From: a virus
DNA length: 64,000 nucleotides
Virus record (IMG/VR): IMGVR_UViG_3300025875_000001
Coordinates: 70,814 to 134,813 of that record
Reading direction: 5' to 3' (one strand)
Shown: positions 62,465 to 64,000 of the stretch, piece by piece
Position numbering within the stretch: the first letter of the stretch is position 1
Layout: the number at the start of each line of letters is the position of its first letter
Made by a program: the position numbers and the translations under genes
The notes under the pieces: generated by a model
What the model was told of the DNA's origin: nothing
What the model saw: the letters and a program-made list of their open reading frames with translations, nothing else
Databases searched by the model: none

Positions 62465-63012
62465 ATCTCCCTAACCGCCACCGCTCCTAGCGCTATGGCA
62501 TCGCTTATGTTGTCTGAGCTTACTACAACGTTGAAGTTCTTGGCAACCCAATCCATAGTTCTCTGTTTGCGTATCTCTCTGGCCTGATCCTTATACCATG
62601 ACTCAGATTTGTCTGGATTGTCTCTCTTCAACTGTGCTTTTTCTACCTTGTTAAGCGCCTTATTGCCTATAGCATTTTGCCATGTGATGGGAGGTACCTC
62701 TTTTACATCTGCTCCCGGCCTTTTGACCGCAGAAATGATGGCTCCAAAGCAGTAGGCCAACAAGATGACTGTTCGTTTGTTCTGGACGTATGTAGCGCCC
62801 TCTATAACTACCTGATCGGCTGATAGCTGATTTCGCATGGAGTAAAGCTTTGGCTGTGCATCGGCTAGCCTATCAAATACGGTCTTACCTACAAAATCTA
62901 TCTCACCATATCTTACTAATTTTTTACCCTCAAACAAAGCAAAAGCAAAACTATTGGTGCTAGCATCTATTGCCAATGTAGTAGTTGGCTTCTTAGCCAA
63001 GTCTTTAAGCAC
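62461..63012 (-). CDS. ruvC: RuvC-like Holliday junction resolvase
   Basis: LAIDASTN, VVIEGA, PPITWQ, ISDAIALG. Confidence 0.8.
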   Translation of the reverse strand: MLKDLAKKPTTTLAIDASTNSFAFALFEGKKLVRYGEIDFVGKTVFDRLADAQPKLYSMRNQLSADQVVIEGATYVQNKRTVILLAYCFGAIISAVKRPGADVKEVPPITWQNAIGNKALNKVEKAQLKRDNPDKSESWYKDQAREIRKQRTMDWVAKNFNVVVSSDNISDAIALGAVAVREI

Positions 63013-63309
63013 CTCTAATCATATCCAATAATTCTTTTTTAGCGATAGTCTTTTCTTTTGCAATACACAGGTTGCATATAGTACTATCATTATATCTTGA
63101 TAACCTTGTTTCACGACATTTAGAGCAATATCTTTCCTCCCCAGCCAATCTGGCTCGATTTTCATGATACTTGACTTTAAGCTTTTTATTCGTGACGATC
63201 TGACAGCAATGATCGCTACAATAAATTTGATTTGACTTTTTTTTCACAAACAAAACTTCACACTCATTATTTTTACATATAGCCTCCATTCTATTAACCC
63301 CCTTCACTA

Positions 63310-63996
63310 TCAAATCTTCGGCACTTCCATTTTAGCGATTTTTATATCGCCTTCTGGACCGGACCAGCATGATTCTTGTAGAGGGCAACCAGCGCAAACC
63401 TTGTTGTCCTTCTTTCTAAATGGTCTTTTGGGCAGCTTATTATCTTCCCAAGCCTTCCTTACTTTGCGTAACCATTCAAATACCTCTTCAATTATCTCTT
63501 CGTTTCTTTCATTCATCTCAACTGGAATGACACATATTGACAAATCATTACGATTCAGATATAAAAAGAAACCCTTCTGCAACCCTGTAGCCTTCAAATA
63601 TATCAGGATTTGCAGAAGGTGTTGTGCTGATGGTTTACCAGATAGCTCTCTAAACATAAAAGCTTCTGACCTAGTTGTCTTAATCTCACATACTACGTGT
63701 TCGCCATGCCAATCTACAATAGCATCTAAATATCCGCGAATTGGGGGATCGGCAATAGTAATTTCTTGCTCTTCTGAGACCAAGATACCTTGTTCCTTAA
63801 ACATGCCTTGTATCTGGTCATGGGCATAATTACCGAAAGCCATCGTATTGACGCTCATAGCATCTGACTTCTCATCAAAATAACCACCATCAAACGCGAG
63901 AGTCCAGTACCTCGGGCATACTCCATGGTAGCCTCCAATACTGGACGGTGAAAATGTCTGCTTTTGAGTATCCTTACTCTCGCGTCGTTGAGCCAA
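63310..63996 (-). CDS. Cas4-family (PD-(D/E)xK) exonuclease; may extend past the window edge
   Basis: CPR, GNYAH, GYLD, EIKT, QILIY, C-terminal CAGCPLQESC. Confidence 0.85.
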   Translation of the reverse strand: MAQRRESKDTQKQTFSPSSIGGYHGVCPRYWTLAFDGGYFDEKSDAMSVNTMAFGNYAHDQIQGMFKEQGILVSEEQEITIADPPIRGYLDAIVDWHGEHVVCEIKTTRSEAFMFRELSGKPSAQHLLQILIYLKATGLQKGFFLYLNRNDLSICVIPVEMNERNEEIIEEVFEWLRKVRKAWEDNKLPKRPFRKKDNKVCAGCPLQESCWSGPEGDIKIAKMEVPKI

Positions 63997-64000
63997 AAAG

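Noticed and set aside
891-63829. Numerous plus-strand ORFs (e.g. 3034-3714, 57252-57737, 63401-63829)
   Set aside because: Antisense shadows of motif-bearing minus-strand genes; only the two HNH genes on plus are supported
63310-63996. CRISPR-Cas system suggested by the Cas4-like gene
   Set aside because: No repeat-spacer array or other cas genes seen; stand-alone Cas4-family exonucleases are common phage recombination genes
1-64000. Genome-wide stop-codon reassignment (TGA or TAG)
   Set aside because: Long genes (rIIA, terL, pseT) are uninterrupted under code 11; TGA and TAG end many genes with normal stop/start overlaps; only one clear in-frame TGA was seen, in a decaying HNH
1-64000. Integrase, IS or prophage boundary
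   Set aside because: No recombinase, transposase, att core or host housekeeping genes seen; the window appears wholly phage

Overview
This window is 64 kb of a large lytic actinobacteriophage genome. It is low-GC overall (by eye ~40-45%), with a GC-richer first ~6.5 kb. Host and relationship are inferred from Lsr2, WhiB, rIIA/rIIB, Cas4-like, RuvC and TerL genes and from tRNAs without encoded CCA, a gene set resembling the large tRNA-rich Streptomyces/Rhodococcus siphoviruses. Almost everything is on the minus strand; the only convincing plus-strand genes are two HNH endonucleases. Contents: (1) an early/accessory region of many small genes driven by a repeated TTGACA-N17/18-TAAGAT promoter; (2) a dispersed translation-support array of ~35 canonical tRNAs, a tmRNA with an unusual tag, a CUA (amber) tRNA, several degenerate tRNA-like genes, a SPOUT methyltransferase, an HD hydrolase, Pnkp, Rnl2 and a truncated Rnl1; (3) about 11 free-standing, fused or decayed homing endonucleases; (4) TerL with a Gln-terminated intein in its P-loop, followed by nucleotide-metabolism and recombination genes. 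Most notable observations: a ~750-nt highly structured GOLLD-like ncRNA inside the tRNA array; three tRNAs (Asn, Lys, Glu) carrying class II-like long variable arms; a 74-nt circularly permuted tRNA mimic between two tRNAs; apparent AUU initiation of both rIIA and rIIB; a ~290-bp very GC-rich segment inserted in frame in a small gene; and strong strand-biased enrichment of CCGGC. All calls come from manual inspection; no database searches or folding programs were run.
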